Shown here: piece after piece, positions 1-7,766 of the stretch
Layout of the letters: the number at the start of each line of letters is the position of its first letter
How positions within the stretch are numbered: the first letter of the stretch is position 1
DNA from: a virus
Taxonomy: Duplodnaviria; Heunggongvirae; Uroviricota; Caudoviricetes
Strand: one strand, 5' to 3'
Length of the DNA stretch: 38,377 nt
Virus record (IMG/VR): IMGVR_UViG_2531839475_000013
Position numbers and translations under genes: made by a program
Notes under the pieces: model-generated
What the model was told of the DNA's origin: nothing
What the model saw: only the letters and a program-made list of their open reading frames with translations
Database searches by the model: none

Positions 1-483
1 CTATCTGGTCAGGGTGTCGTACTGTTTTTCACAGACTCTTCCGGCTTCGGCTGCCCGGTCAGCATACTCTGCCAGTTGTCTGTTTCTCTCGAGAGATTTA
101 CTGAGCACGTCGGCAAGCAAAACTCCGGTGTCTGCGGCTGACGTCCCAGCGCCGACAATGGCGTTATACTGCCTGAGCTGCTCACGGATGGCAACGAGCT
201 GTTGCTGCAACCGGCCAGCGCGAGCGGCAGCATCAAGAGCATCATTGCGCGCCTGGTCGATCCTCTGCTGCGCTTCACGTTCATTGATCGCTTTCTCCTG
301 TTCGTAGTGCTGACGAATTCTCTCATCTTCGGTTTTGCGGTCTTCTTTCGCCTGCGCATACCCGGCGTCGTACTGACGACTGCCGTGTACACTCCAGGCA
401 ACAACTCCTGATATGACCAGAACAGCAAGCACCGCCATGATAATCAACTGTTTCCGGTATGCTTTTACGAATGCCAAGATCAT
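1..483 (-). CDS. Rz-like i-spanin (lysis)
   Basis: 160-aa ORF immediately after the endolysin with a 4-nt overlap; N-terminal TM helix ([14 protein letters not shown]) then a charged, Gln/Arg/Ala-rich helical domain; a lipoprotein ORF is embedded in another frame (Rz1 arrangement). Stop codon at 1..3. Confidence 0.6.
   Translation of the reverse strand: MILAFVKAYRKQLIIMAVLAVLVISGVVAWSVHGSRQYDAGYAQAKEDRKTEDERIRQHYEQEKAINEREAQQRIDQARNDALDAAARAGRLQQQLVAIREQLRQYNAIVGAGTSAADTGVLLADVLSKSLERNRQLAEYADRAAEAGRVCEKQYDTLTR
9..284 (-). CDS. Rz1-like o-spanin lipoprotein embedded in the Rz frame
   Basis: Out-of-frame ORF wholly inside the Rz-like gene; signal peptide with lipobox ([23 protein letters not shown]), then a Ser/Pro-rich mature peptide. 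Start could instead be the MM doublet at 245. Confidence 0.5.
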   Translation of the reverse strand: MNVKRSRGSTRRAMMLLMLPLALAGCSNSSLPSVSSSGSITPLSALGRQPQTPEFCLPTCSVNLSRETDNWQSMLTGQPKPEESVKNSTTP

Positions 484-1109
484 ACCGCCAGCACCTTACT
501 GGCATTGATGTATCGCGCGCGCCGGTCGTCGATGCCGTTCCGGCCACCATTGATAATCAGAGTTACACGTGCAATATCGCCGGTATACTTCATGCATCCT
601 TTGCTGGCAAAGAACCACGCCGCGCTACGAGCCGCGTATTCGTCCTGCGCCAGCAGTTCAGGACTCTCCAGCAGGTCAACCTTAAGACCGTTTCCACAGT
701 CACGATAGTTATTCAAACCGGTAACCTGGATAAGCCCGCGCCCACGGTAGTTCCAGCCATCACCAGGGGCATTGTTCCCCATGCGTTTGCTGTACACCAG
801 ATTGGCAATCGCTCTCTGGCGCTCAAGTGGCAATGGTGGTTCGCCTGCACGTCGCCCCAATGCGTTGGCCTGTCCCTGAGTGAGACGCCCAGCCCGAACA
901 AAGTTAGCCAGTCCGCTGACGCTGTAGTTGAAATTCTCCTGCAACCGGGTGAAGCCTCCAGACTCATGCCCGACCTGAGCAATAAACATAGCCTGATCTT
1001 CTGGTTTGCTGATACCAAACTCTTTCATCGCAGAAGTTATATGCGAGAACCAGCGTGCGGCCAGTGCCTCGCTGATACCAGCAGCTCGCTGGAATTGTTT
1101 AATCTCCAT
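480..1109 (-). CDS. endolysin, glycoside hydrolase family 19 (chitinase-like lysozyme)
   Basis: 209-aa protein with motifs [11 protein letters not shown] and [20 protein letters not shown] that I recognise as GH19 phage endolysin; sits between holin-like genes and Rz. Confidence 0.85.
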   Translation of the reverse strand: MEIKQFQRAAGISEALAARWFSHITSAMKEFGISKPEDQAMFIAQVGHESGGFTRLQENFNYSVSGLANFVRAGRLTQGQANALGRRAGEPPLPLERQRAIANLVYSKRMGNNAPGDGWNYRGRGLIQVTGLNNYRDCGNGLKVDLLESPELLAQDEYAARSAAWFFASKGCMKYTGDIARVTLIINGGRNGIDDRRARYINASKVLAV

Positions 1110-1407
1110 GTTTAGACCTCGATACTTTGAAAATTTGAACGACGTTACCGCGCGTTTTAATAACCGCAGCTAGCATGACAGCGTTGATAATGACCTCAGA
1201 TAAATCCACAGCCATTGGCGTACGTAACCAGATTGCATAGGCGACACGAACAGGAATACTGGCCGCAGCAACAATCAGGAAATAAGCAAGCCATCCTCCC
1301 CACCTTCGGTGTTGAGAGCCGTTACGCCGGAATGTGACAACGCGAATTGCTATGCCAGTGCAAATAACTGCATTGGTGATAAGCAAAAAAAACTCATGCG
1401 TTACCAT
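1099..1407 (-). CDS. holin-like small membrane protein
   Basis: 102 aa, 2-3 predicted TM helices and a charged C-terminus ([19 protein letters not shown]); overlaps the endolysin start; GGAGA RBS. Confidence 0.45.
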   Translation of the reverse strand: MVTHEFFLLITNAVICTGIAIRVVTFRRNGSQHRRWGGWLAYFLIVAAASIPVRVAYAIWLRTPMAVDLSEVIINAVMLAAVIKTRGNVVQIFKVSRSKHGD

Positions 1408-1807
1408 CGTCTTTTCTCCCCGGAATTAACTCGCGTGGATTATCGGAACGGTGATAGAGCCATATACCAATACGCACAGCGACAATTGCTGACACGAATG
1501 CGCCTGCAGAGAAAACAATCCCTTTTTCAAAAGAGTCCTGCGTGATGGTAGGGATCAGGCTGGCTATGCCGATAAGAATTGATGCTGCTGGTTTGTAAAA
1601 GAGAAGGCCGCAAAGAAAGCTGAGCATCGACAGGAGCACCCGGCGACGGATGGGGTACTCTACTGCAGAGGTAACAAAAATTACCGCTCCAGCCAAAGCA
1701 CCCAAAGCAACCTCAGGAGGAACTCCTGCTATCACCGCCGCCAGAGAACTCATGCTAAGCCACTGATTTAAAGTTTCACTGGTTAGTTGAGCTGACATGT
1801 TTTCCAC
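1394..1807 (-). CDS. holin/antiholin-like membrane protein
   Basis: 137 aa, 3-4 hydrophobic helices, charged C-terminal tail ([19 protein letters not shown]); first gene of the lysis cassette; RBS GGTGGAAA. Confidence 0.45.
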   Translation of the reverse strand: MENMSAQLTSETLNQWLSMSSLAAVIAGVPPEVALGALAGAVIFVTSAVEYPIRRRVLLSMLSFLCGLLFYKPAASILIGIASLIPTITQDSFEKGIVFSAGAFVSAIVAVRIGIWLYHRSDNPRELIPGRKDDGNA

Positions 1808-2000
1808 CGTTTATATGCATAACAACCTCCTGAACAGTAAAGCATTACGCATAATAAACCATTTATGGTTTTTTGTTACTTTAACATCGTCAATTCCCTG
1901 TTTTTCATGCCGAGAATAAAGCTCACCTTTTACATGACTCTGAAGAAACAAACAGTGAAGAGCAGGTTGAATACCGCACCATTTAATGGCGCGGTAGCAG

Positions 2001-2297
2001 TCAAATAGAGAAATAAACACAAAAACAAAAAACAACAGGAACAGCAAAATCCAACAGACTTCCCACATCCCACACGCGTGGATCAAAACCTCCCCACCAC
2101 GGCATGTTGATACGTTTCCCTTTCCCAAACTTTTCTATCCAGCGATATTCTGCCTGGGTGTGTTCACGCGCAATGAAGAACGTACAACCGGCTATCGCAC
2201 CGTAAGCCCAGTTTCCGGTAAAAATACCAACCAGTACCTGAGCCACAAAAGCGCAAAGCGAGTGAAGAAATGGAGTGACATCAATGCTCTTAATCAT
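2001..2297 (-). CDS. small membrane protein translationally coupled to the tailspike (function unknown)
   Basis: 98 aa; ATGA start/stop overlap with the tailspike at 2294..2297; two hydrophobic segments and a WWGGFDPRVWD motif; AT-rich. Confidence 0.5.
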   Translation of the reverse strand: MIKSIDVTPFLHSLCAFVAQVLVGIFTGNWAYGAIAGCTFFIAREHTQAEYRWIEKFGKGKRINMPWWGGFDPRVWDVGSLLDFAVPVVFCFCVYFSI

Positions 2298-4483
2298 GAA
2301 ACTTCCCCATTGGTTGAAAATATGGCTCCTCCAACGCCAAGTGTATTTCGTGTTGTGCTCAACCTCAGAGGGCTGGAGTCAGAATTAGAATATCCTGTAG
2401 CAGAAATAAAAGATCCTCCACTAATAGTCAACTGCGGAACATCGGCTATATCTGAATAAGTTCTGTCAGCAACAGTATTATTTATAGCCACATATGATCC
2501 AAAAAAACTTCTTATTGTTTGGTTTTTAACTTTACTTCCTTCAATGGTTATCCTACTACCACAGTCGGCAATAAATCCTGAATCTGCATCCAGCGTTGCA
2601 TTCATAAAAGAAGCTTCAGATCTCTCTACATCAATCCATCTAATATCTTTTGTGGGATTTGCACCAAATACATGACAAATATTAGAGTTAAACCTTACAC
2701 CATCTTGGAGGTGCATTAATTTTTTTATATCTGTACCCCATAGCCTTGGAAAATTAACAGATGCTCCTGCATGGCAATCAAATCCCAGCTCAGCCCCTGA
2801 GATATCTACAGCCTTTCCTGAAATAACAGCACCAGTGTCTGCATTAACGGCTGTTCCACAATTGCGCATATCATTACCAGCAACATCAACGCAACCCGCA
2901 CCATCAATACGCACACCAAGTGCACATCCATAAAAACCTTTTTCAATATTTGGTTCAAGGACTTTACCACTTGTTTCTGCATCACTTTCTTCAACGTCAT
3001 GTCGTCTTGCATCAACATATGCTGTATGAATGCAGGTTAATCCACGATATGAGCAATGTATAGTTTTATGGTCGCGTATATTAACATTTGAACCATCTCT
3101 TACATTCCATCCTATATAACAATAGCTTGCACTTGACCCCTGAAAATCTGCTTTAACATTATAAATACAATTAACTGACGCAACCGTACTCTCTGTGCAC
3201 CGTTCAAACTTGCTTACAGGCATTGATGCCTTGACATTATTTACCAGTTGCAGGGAAGAGTATCTGCTATAAGAAAAATCACATACGTAATACCCTTCTG
3301 GCATATATGCAGCAACACTTTCCTCATCAGGAGCACATCCGGTATGATATGCACTAATTTTTGCACCAAAACTACCATGAATTCCAACGTAGAACTTTCG
3401 AGCACCTGAATACGGATAGAAATTAAGTTCAGCTTTTTGAGTTACAATAAATGCACAAACATCGCTATCATCTCTATTTTCTTCGATCTGAATAGCAAAT
3501 ACAGGACTTTTTGCTGCATCGCAAATGTAAAATAAATACTTGTATTCGTAATACGTTCTAACGATTTTAGTAAACAAACGAGTGTCAGAGAAAACCACTG
3601 AGTCTTCTGATGTTATTTTAATCCAAGACAAATCAACACCTGAACTGAATTCAATTTGATAGTTGATAATATGCCCGGTCTTAATTCTTATTTCGCAGAA
3701 AGCATTACCACCATCCCACATAGGTCTCATTGACTGGGCTGCAATGATTGCATCTTTGAGTGTAGGGTAATCACCCCATTCGCCAACAGTAATAACAAAA
3801 GTATAATATGAGTTAAAAACAGCGGCATTTTTGCCTTTGGATATCAACTCCTTAATCATAAAAATATTATCTTCGTAATCACAAGGAGAAATTATATCCC
3901 TCATTTTGCTTTGAAATGTTCGTTGTCTTGCCCCGCTTCCTGACGGTATAAACCAACCAAAACCACCAACAACCCCGGCGATTGCAGCATCGACATAATT
4001 ACGCATTGAGCGATTATTTACAGCGTCCTGCTCAAATGATGGATCTGCAAGGTTAGAAATTTTGTTTTGCTTTGCATCGTAATATTTTGCAAGCAAAGAT
4101 GGTTTCATCAATGCACGTCTGAACCACCCAAAACATCGCTGGATCAGCATCGTCAGGTAGTCAAATGCATCTTCATGAACTTCGGGGAAAAATTTTCCCT
4201 GATTGCGAAGATCAGTCTCCTGCACCACATCAAGCACACGCTCTATCGTAATTCGCCAGCCAGCAGCAAGCGGCGACGGGAGAACCACTTCACCGCCACT
4301 ATAAGTGCCCGCTCCAGTTACCTTATAACCGGTATCCAGAACCAATTCTGTTACGTTCCCGTTCAGGTCAGACACCTGAACAACCAGGTCGGTTTTTTTG
4401 AAAATACGGAAGGTATACGGAAATGATGTCGTAACGCCGTTACCGGTGTATTCGTTGTGGTCAACTTCGGTTGAGACCGTCAT
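2294..4483 (-). CDS. tailspike / tail fibre protein (T7 gp17-like N-terminal anchor plus beta-helix-like receptor-binding domain)
   Basis: 729 aa; N-terminus (NEYTGNGVTTSFPYTFRIFKKTDLVV) resembles the conserved podophage fibre attachment domain; remainder is Gly/Asn/Ser/Thr-rich like pectin-lyase-fold spikes; GGAGAT RBS; C-terminal ~1.8 kb is AT-rich versus the N-terminal part. Confidence 0.8.
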   Translation of the reverse strand: MTVSTEVDHNEYTGNGVTTSFPYTFRIFKKTDLVVQVSDLNGNVTELVLDTGYKVTGAGTYSGGEVVLPSPLAAGWRITIERVLDVVQETDLRNQGKFFPEVHEDAFDYLTMLIQRCFGWFRRALMKPSLLAKYYDAKQNKISNLADPSFEQDAVNNRSMRNYVDAAIAGVVGGFGWFIPSGSGARQRTFQSKMRDIISPCDYEDNIFMIKELISKGKNAAVFNSYYTFVITVGEWGDYPTLKDAIIAAQSMRPMWDGGNAFCEIRIKTGHIINYQIEFSSGVDLSWIKITSEDSVVFSDTRLFTKIVRTYYEYKYLFYICDAAKSPVFAIQIEENRDDSDVCAFIVTQKAELNFYPYSGARKFYVGIHGSFGAKISAYHTGCAPDEESVAAYMPEGYYVCDFSYSRYSSLQLVNNVKASMPVSKFERCTESTVASVNCIYNVKADFQGSSASYCYIGWNVRDGSNVNIRDHKTIHCSYRGLTCIHTAYVDARRHDVEESDAETSGKVLEPNIEKGFYGCALGVRIDGAGCVDVAGNDMRNCGTAVNADTGAVISGKAVDISGAELGFDCHAGASVNFPRLWGTDIKKLMHLQDGVRFNSNICHVFGANPTKDIRWIDVERSEASFMNATLDADSGFIADCGSRITIEGSKVKNQTIRSFFGSYVAINNTVADRTYSDIADVPQLTISGGSFISATGYSNSDSSPLRLSTTRNTLGVGGAIFSTNGEVS

Positions 4484-4587
4484 GTTAAATCTCCAGATAG
4501 TCGCAGCACCCGTTGCGCCGCATATCCGGTTATTCTATTACCTGAAAAACCACATATGGATAGATAACCCATAAATACGAACAGATA

Positions 4588-4602
4588 TTACCTTTCAGGT
4601 GA
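4588..4602. promoter_or_regulatory. operator-like palindrome TTACCTTTCAGGTGA
   Basis: Member of the repeated TTACC-N5-GGTAA family; upstream of the LexA-box promoter of the small antirepressor-like gene. Confidence 0.55.
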
Positions 4603-4641
4603 TTCGCAAAACGTGCTGGATAGCAAACAAATTATTTGCTA

Positions 4642-4657
4642 CTGTATAAATATACAG
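4642..4657. promoter_or_regulatory. LexA (SOS) box CTGTATAAATATACAG
   Basis: Perfect CTGT-N8-ACAG with AT-rich spacer inside a sigma70-like promoter (TTGCTA 4636..4641; TATTGC 4659..4664), about 20 bp upstream of the ATG at 4679. Confidence 0.75.
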
Positions 4658-4678
4658 TTATTGCATGGAGAAGATAAG

Positions 4679-4936
4679 ATGCAGCAGTATCACTATCCAC
4701 TGGAAGACGGATTTACCGAAAGGATTCACACGCCGGGAGGCGTCAGGTCACTGGTGGAGGGATCGCATTTGATGAAATTACTCCGGGATCTCGATAAGGA
4801 TGGATTTAATGTCGATGGCCCACTTGCCGAACTGACTGCACTGATTAACTACGTCACCAGCTCACAGATGTCTATGCGGGATCTGCAAACACATCTCGAC
4901 TATTGTGCCGAACAATTACGAAAACAAACCAGATAA
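4679..4936 (+). CDS. small antirepressor-like protein (standalone copy of the Bro-N antirepressor C-terminal module), LexA-controlled
   Basis: 85 aa from the ATG at 4679 (RBS GGAGAAG); sequence IHTPGGVRSLVEGSHLMKLLRDLDKDGFNVDGPLAELT...RDLQTHLDY aligns with the C-terminus of the downstream Bro-N protein (IHSPSGVLGLTENSLLMNLLNQLQEDGHDVSGAAAELT...RDIQTHAEY). Confidence 0.6.
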   Translation: MQQYHYPLEDGFTERIHTPGGVRSLVEGSHLMKLLRDLDKDGFNVDGPLAELTALINYVTSSQMSMRDLQTHLDYCAEQLRKQTR

Positions 4937-4967
4937 GGTTTGCAATTGCCAAGTGGAGTGCTTATAT

Positions 4968-4982
4968 TTACCTTTGCGGTAA
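4968..4982. promoter_or_regulatory. operator-like palindrome TTACCTTTGCGGTAA inside a larger inverted repeat
   Basis: Perfect TTACC-N5-GGTAA, flanked by GGAGTGC (4955..4961) and GCACTCC (4992..4998). Confidence 0.5.
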
Positions 4983-5076
4983 ATTTACATCGCACTCCTC
5001 TTGTGCCATAGTAATCGGGCACTGGCAAAATCCAGTGCCGGGATTGGCGTCCCGAGTTACTACAGAGGCACATATG

Positions 5077-5096
5077 CCGCATAAGCGGTTTTTTTT
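5077..5096 (+). terminator. weak intrinsic terminator (CCGC-ATAA-GCGG then T8)
   Basis: Short GC stem followed by eight T; lies between the small antirepressor-like gene and the Bro-N gene. Confidence 0.35.
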
Positions 5097-5249
5097 ATGT
5101 GTAAAGCGCACCTATTCTATGGTGGGCTGTGTGGGGGCACCGAAAGGTGCGCCGGGTCCTTTGTAGCCGGTTACGCCAACCCTGCACAGTTCACCACCAA
5201 CCGATTGGCGTCGGTAGTGGTGATTAACCTAACTACAAAGGTGATCACT

Positions 5250-5936
5250 ATGACTGCTAACGTAACCCCATCTGTTTTTCATTTTGAATCAGAAGCAACC
5301 ATTCGAGCCATTGTTATTGATGGAAATCCTTGGTTTGTTGCCAAAGACGTTATTAAAGCTCTTCAACTGACAAACCCCACTATGTCAATAAAATCTCTTG
5401 ATGATGATGAAAGGGCTAAATTTAACTTAGGCCGTCAAGGCGAAACCAATATTATCAACGAGTCAGGCCTCTACACACTGATCCTCCGCTGCCGCGATGC
5501 AGTAACACCAGGCACTATCCCCTACCGCTTTCGCAAATGGGTTACAGGTGAGGTACTTCCTCAGATCCGCCGCACCGGAAGTTACATTAAAAACTCGCTC
5601 CCGCAAGAAGAACGCATAAAGATGGTTGCCGACCAGGTAGCCAACGCCACGGCGTCAGCAGTGATGCAGGCAATGAAGATAGAGAACAAAACCTACAGCG
5701 CCCCACTGAAGCCCGGCTACCGCAGCCTGATTCACTCGCCGTCTGGTGTTCTCGGCCTGACGGAGAACTCACTGCTGATGAATCTGCTGAACCAGTTACA
5801 GGAAGACGGGCACGACGTATCGGGCGCGGCGGCGGAGCTGACCACCATGTTCTGCTACATCGTCGGTGTGAGTAAATGCCTGCGTGATATCCAGACCCAC
5901 GCGGAATACATCAACGACAAAGCAGGGTTCTTCTGA
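5250..5936 (+). CDS. Bro-N domain antirepressor
   Basis: N-terminal region (VIDGNPWFVAKDVIKALQL...) matches the Bro-N/antirepressor DNA-binding domain; RBS AAAGGTGA; start chosen at the ATG at 5250 rather than the ORF-track start at 5097. Confidence 0.7.
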   Translation: MTANVTPSVFHFESEATIRAIVIDGNPWFVAKDVIKALQLTNPTMSIKSLDDDERAKFNLGRQGETNIINESGLYTLILRCRDAVTPGTIPYRFRKWVTGEVLPQIRRTGSYIKNSLPQEERIKMVADQVANATASAVMQAMKIENKTYSAPLKPGYRSLIHSPSGVLGLTENSLLMNLLNQLQEDGHDVSGAAAELTTMFCYIVGVSKCLRDIQTHAEYINDKAGFF

Positions 5937-5978
5937 CAGCGGCGGCACAGGGATGTGCCTTTAAATAATTCTGTACGA

Positions 5979-6021
5979 TTGCAGACTGGGGGTGAATAGC
6001 GTACTATTACCTTAAAGGTAA
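5979..6021 (+). promoter_or_regulatory. sigma70-like promoter (TTGCAG-17-TACTAT) overlapped by operator TTACCTTAAAGGTAA (6007..6021)
   Basis: Hexamers with 17-bp spacing; perfect TTACC-N5-GGTAA palindrome over the -10/+1 region, immediately upstream of the accessory cassette. Confidence 0.5.
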
Positions 6022-6047
6022 ACCATGTGTTTACATGAGGAGGAGAT

Positions 6048-6257
6048 ATGGGATTTTGGTTCGCTCGTACAAAAACGAGGGATAATGCACCCAGCCCTCA
6101 GGCAAAAAATGCAGAAGTTCCGGCGTCAGCGCAGGTTAACAAGCGTGGTGGTGTGTATATCTCATCACAGCAAATTTCTGAGCTTCCTGAGGTTAAGGAG
6201 ATGCGTCGTCTCGCTGCTGCAATCGTTAAACAGGATCTTGCCACTGTAAGGAAATAG
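6048..6257 (+). CDS. small hypothetical protein, first gene of the accessory cassette
   Basis: 69 aa; strong RBS GAGGAGGAG; stop overlaps the GTG start of the next gene (TAGTG). Confidence 0.5.
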   Translation: MGFWFARTKTRDNAPSPQAKNAEVPASAQVNKRGGVYISSQQISELPEVKEMRRLAAAIVKQDLATVRK

Positions 6258-7120
6258 TGTTGTTAGCTCTTCTAATTATCCCCATTCTGGTTAGTGGTTA
6301 TATTATGATAACCGCTAACCAGTATCATTATTTCCGTTTATACCGACATGAAGGCCAGCTTCTTTATATGAAAGTTGCTGCATTAGGTACATATTGCCTT
6401 GTTGCTTCGGTAATAATTGCCGCATTTATAAAATATAAATATCCTGATTTTCACCTAGTTCACGATATGGTGGAAACTTTTAATGTAACGTCAAAACCAG
6501 AAACAGATAGAATTTACATGTGGCTACTTCTTCTGTCAGTCACATCAATTTGCTTCTCTTTGTGTTATGTATCTTTTGTTTGGCTAAAAGATCTTCTTTT
6601 AGGTTGTTTTTATAAACGTGATATTTATGACAAAATATCAGAGGCAATGAAAGCTAGGGTATTGCGAAAAACGTACTCCCAGGGTTCTTTAGATTTGCTA
6701 TTGCTTGATGCAATCGAATCAGATCCTAAGAAACCAATGTTAATTACTTTATCATCAAATAAAGTATACGTTGGAATAATAAATGGTTCTGGTGAGCCAA
6801 CGGAAAATCAAGGGCCACACCAACACATATCTTTTGTTCCTTTAATGTCAGGGTACAGAAACAAAGAAAATTTATCTGTTACATTTACAAACGCTTACCC
6901 AGGTGAAATCCAAATTAAGCGCAGTGCTGCGATAAAAGGGATAAGCAAAAAGAAAGTTCAAGGTCTAGAAATTATGGTATCTATAGACGAAATAAGTCAT
7001 ATATCATGGTTTGACTTTGAAGTATATAAGGCAACAAATAACAAAGTAGAAACAAAGGGTCATGTTGTTAATGTGACCAAAAATGGTCGCAACATATACT
7101 ACAGAAGTGGCAGAAAATAA
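6257..7120 (+). CDS. membrane protein, 3 N-terminal TM helices plus ~170-aa soluble domain, no recognised family
   Basis: 287 aa from a GTG start coupled to the upstream stop (alternative ATG at 6305); TM helices LLALLIIPILVSGYIMI, AALGTYCLVASVIIAAFI, IYMWLLLLSVTSICFSLCYVSFVWL; strongly AT-rich. Confidence 0.6.
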   Translation: MLLALLIIPILVSGYIMITANQYHYFRLYRHEGQLLYMKVAALGTYCLVASVIIAAFIKYKYPDFHLVHDMVETFNVTSKPETDRIYMWLLLLSVTSICFSLCYVSFVWLKDLLLGCFYKRDIYDKISEAMKARVLRKTYSQGSLDLLLLDAIESDPKKPMLITLSSNKVYVGIINGSGEPTENQGPHQHISFVPLMSGYRNKENLSVTFTNAYPGEIQIKRSAAIKGISKKKVQGLEIMVSIDEISHISWFDFEVYKATNNKVETKGHVVNVTKNGRNIYYRSGRK

Positions 7121-7145
7121 ATTTTACGCAGTTTAGGTGGCTTAT

Positions 7146-7649
7146 ATGGATAATACTATCTTAGGCGCATTGATAGGTGCAGTTATTGCTATAGTTTCCA
7201 CTTATATAAATGCAGGACAAGGATACAAAAACAGCATAAGATTAGAGCGACAAAAAATATTAAGGGATAAACGCGAGCAATTATTTATAAATTGTATACT
7301 TACTAAAAAAGTCATAGATTCAAGCACAATTACCATTCTCAATTTCGTAAAAAATGCCAGATACCACTCTGATAGTAAATTTGACGTATCAAGAGCGAAT
7401 CCGTTGCAAACGATGGAAATGCTAATAAACATATACCTTCCTGAGTATAAAAAAGACTTACAAGAACTCAATAATGCGTATCAAGAATTTCACAAATACT
7501 ACTCTCAATATACATGTGCACATACCTTCAAAAATATGCCTGATAATGAGAAGTCGAGGTTTATTGAGGAGGCTGATTTTTATGCAAAAAAGATATATGG
7601 CAAACTTAATGATATTAAGGACAAGATATCATTAAACTCAATAGTATAA
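7146..7649 (+). CDS. membrane-anchored protein, 1 N-terminal TM helix plus helical domain, no recognised family
   Basis: 167 aa from the ATG at 7146 (RBS AGGTGG); TM helix ILGALIGAVIAIVSTYI; AT-rich like its neighbour. Confidence 0.55.
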   Translation: MDNTILGALIGAVIAIVSTYINAGQGYKNSIRLERQKILRDKREQLFINCILTKKVIDSSTITILNFVKNARYHSDSKFDVSRANPLQTMEMLINIYLPEYKKDLQELNNAYQEFHKYYSQYTCAHTFKNMPDNEKSRFIEEADFYAKKIYGKLNDIKDKISLNSIV

Positions 7650-7723
7650 CAGCGATACTGCTGCTGACGGCTCCCGCTGCGGTGGGCGTTCTGCGGATTC
7701 CCGCCCAGGCGGCGGTGGCATTC

Positions 7724-7751
7724 GTTAAAAACAAGGCCGCGAAAGCGGCCT
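7724..7751 (-). terminator. intrinsic terminator ending the late operon (AGGCCGC-GAAA-GCGGCCT, T-run on minus strand)
   Basis: 7-bp GC stem with GNRA loop; on the minus strand it is followed by TGTTTTTAAC; lies between the convergent lipoprotein gene and the accessory cassette. Confidence 0.6.
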
Positions 7752-7763
7752 GTGACATGTCAC
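7752..7763. repeat. perfect 12-bp palindrome GTGACATGTCAC (copy 1 of 3)
   Basis: Identical 12-mer also at 25171..25182 and 27436..27447; abuts the terminator hairpin. Confidence 0.8.
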
Positions 7764-7766
7764 GAC

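Noticed and set aside
1811-2128. 105-aa ORF overlapping the small membrane-protein gene in another frame
   Set aside because: Mostly AT-rich intergenic DNA upstream of the lysis cassette; no RBS; implausible Cys/Phe-rich translation; overlaps a better-supported gene.
4613-4678. ORF-track start at 4613 for the small antirepressor-like gene
   Set aside because: This start would place the LexA box and promoter inside the coding sequence; the ATG at 4679 has a GGAGAAG RBS.
5017-5053. Possible tRNA-like fold in the antirepressor intergenic region
   Set aside because: The hairpins have 8-bp and 5-bp stems with 6-nt loops, lack T-loop (TTCGA) and D-loop signatures, and no acceptor stem can be formed.
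5097-5249. ORF-track start of the Bro-N gene at 5097 (MCKAHLF...)
   Set aside because: The upstream extension runs through a terminator and hairpins and has no RBS; the ATG at 5250 has a good AAAGGTGA RBS and begins at the conserved Bro-N domain.
7752-7763. Reading GTGACATGTCAC as a CRP site
   Set aside because: The half-sites resemble TGTGA/TCACA, but the spacing is 4 bp, not the 6 bp required for CRP; kept as an unexplained palindrome.
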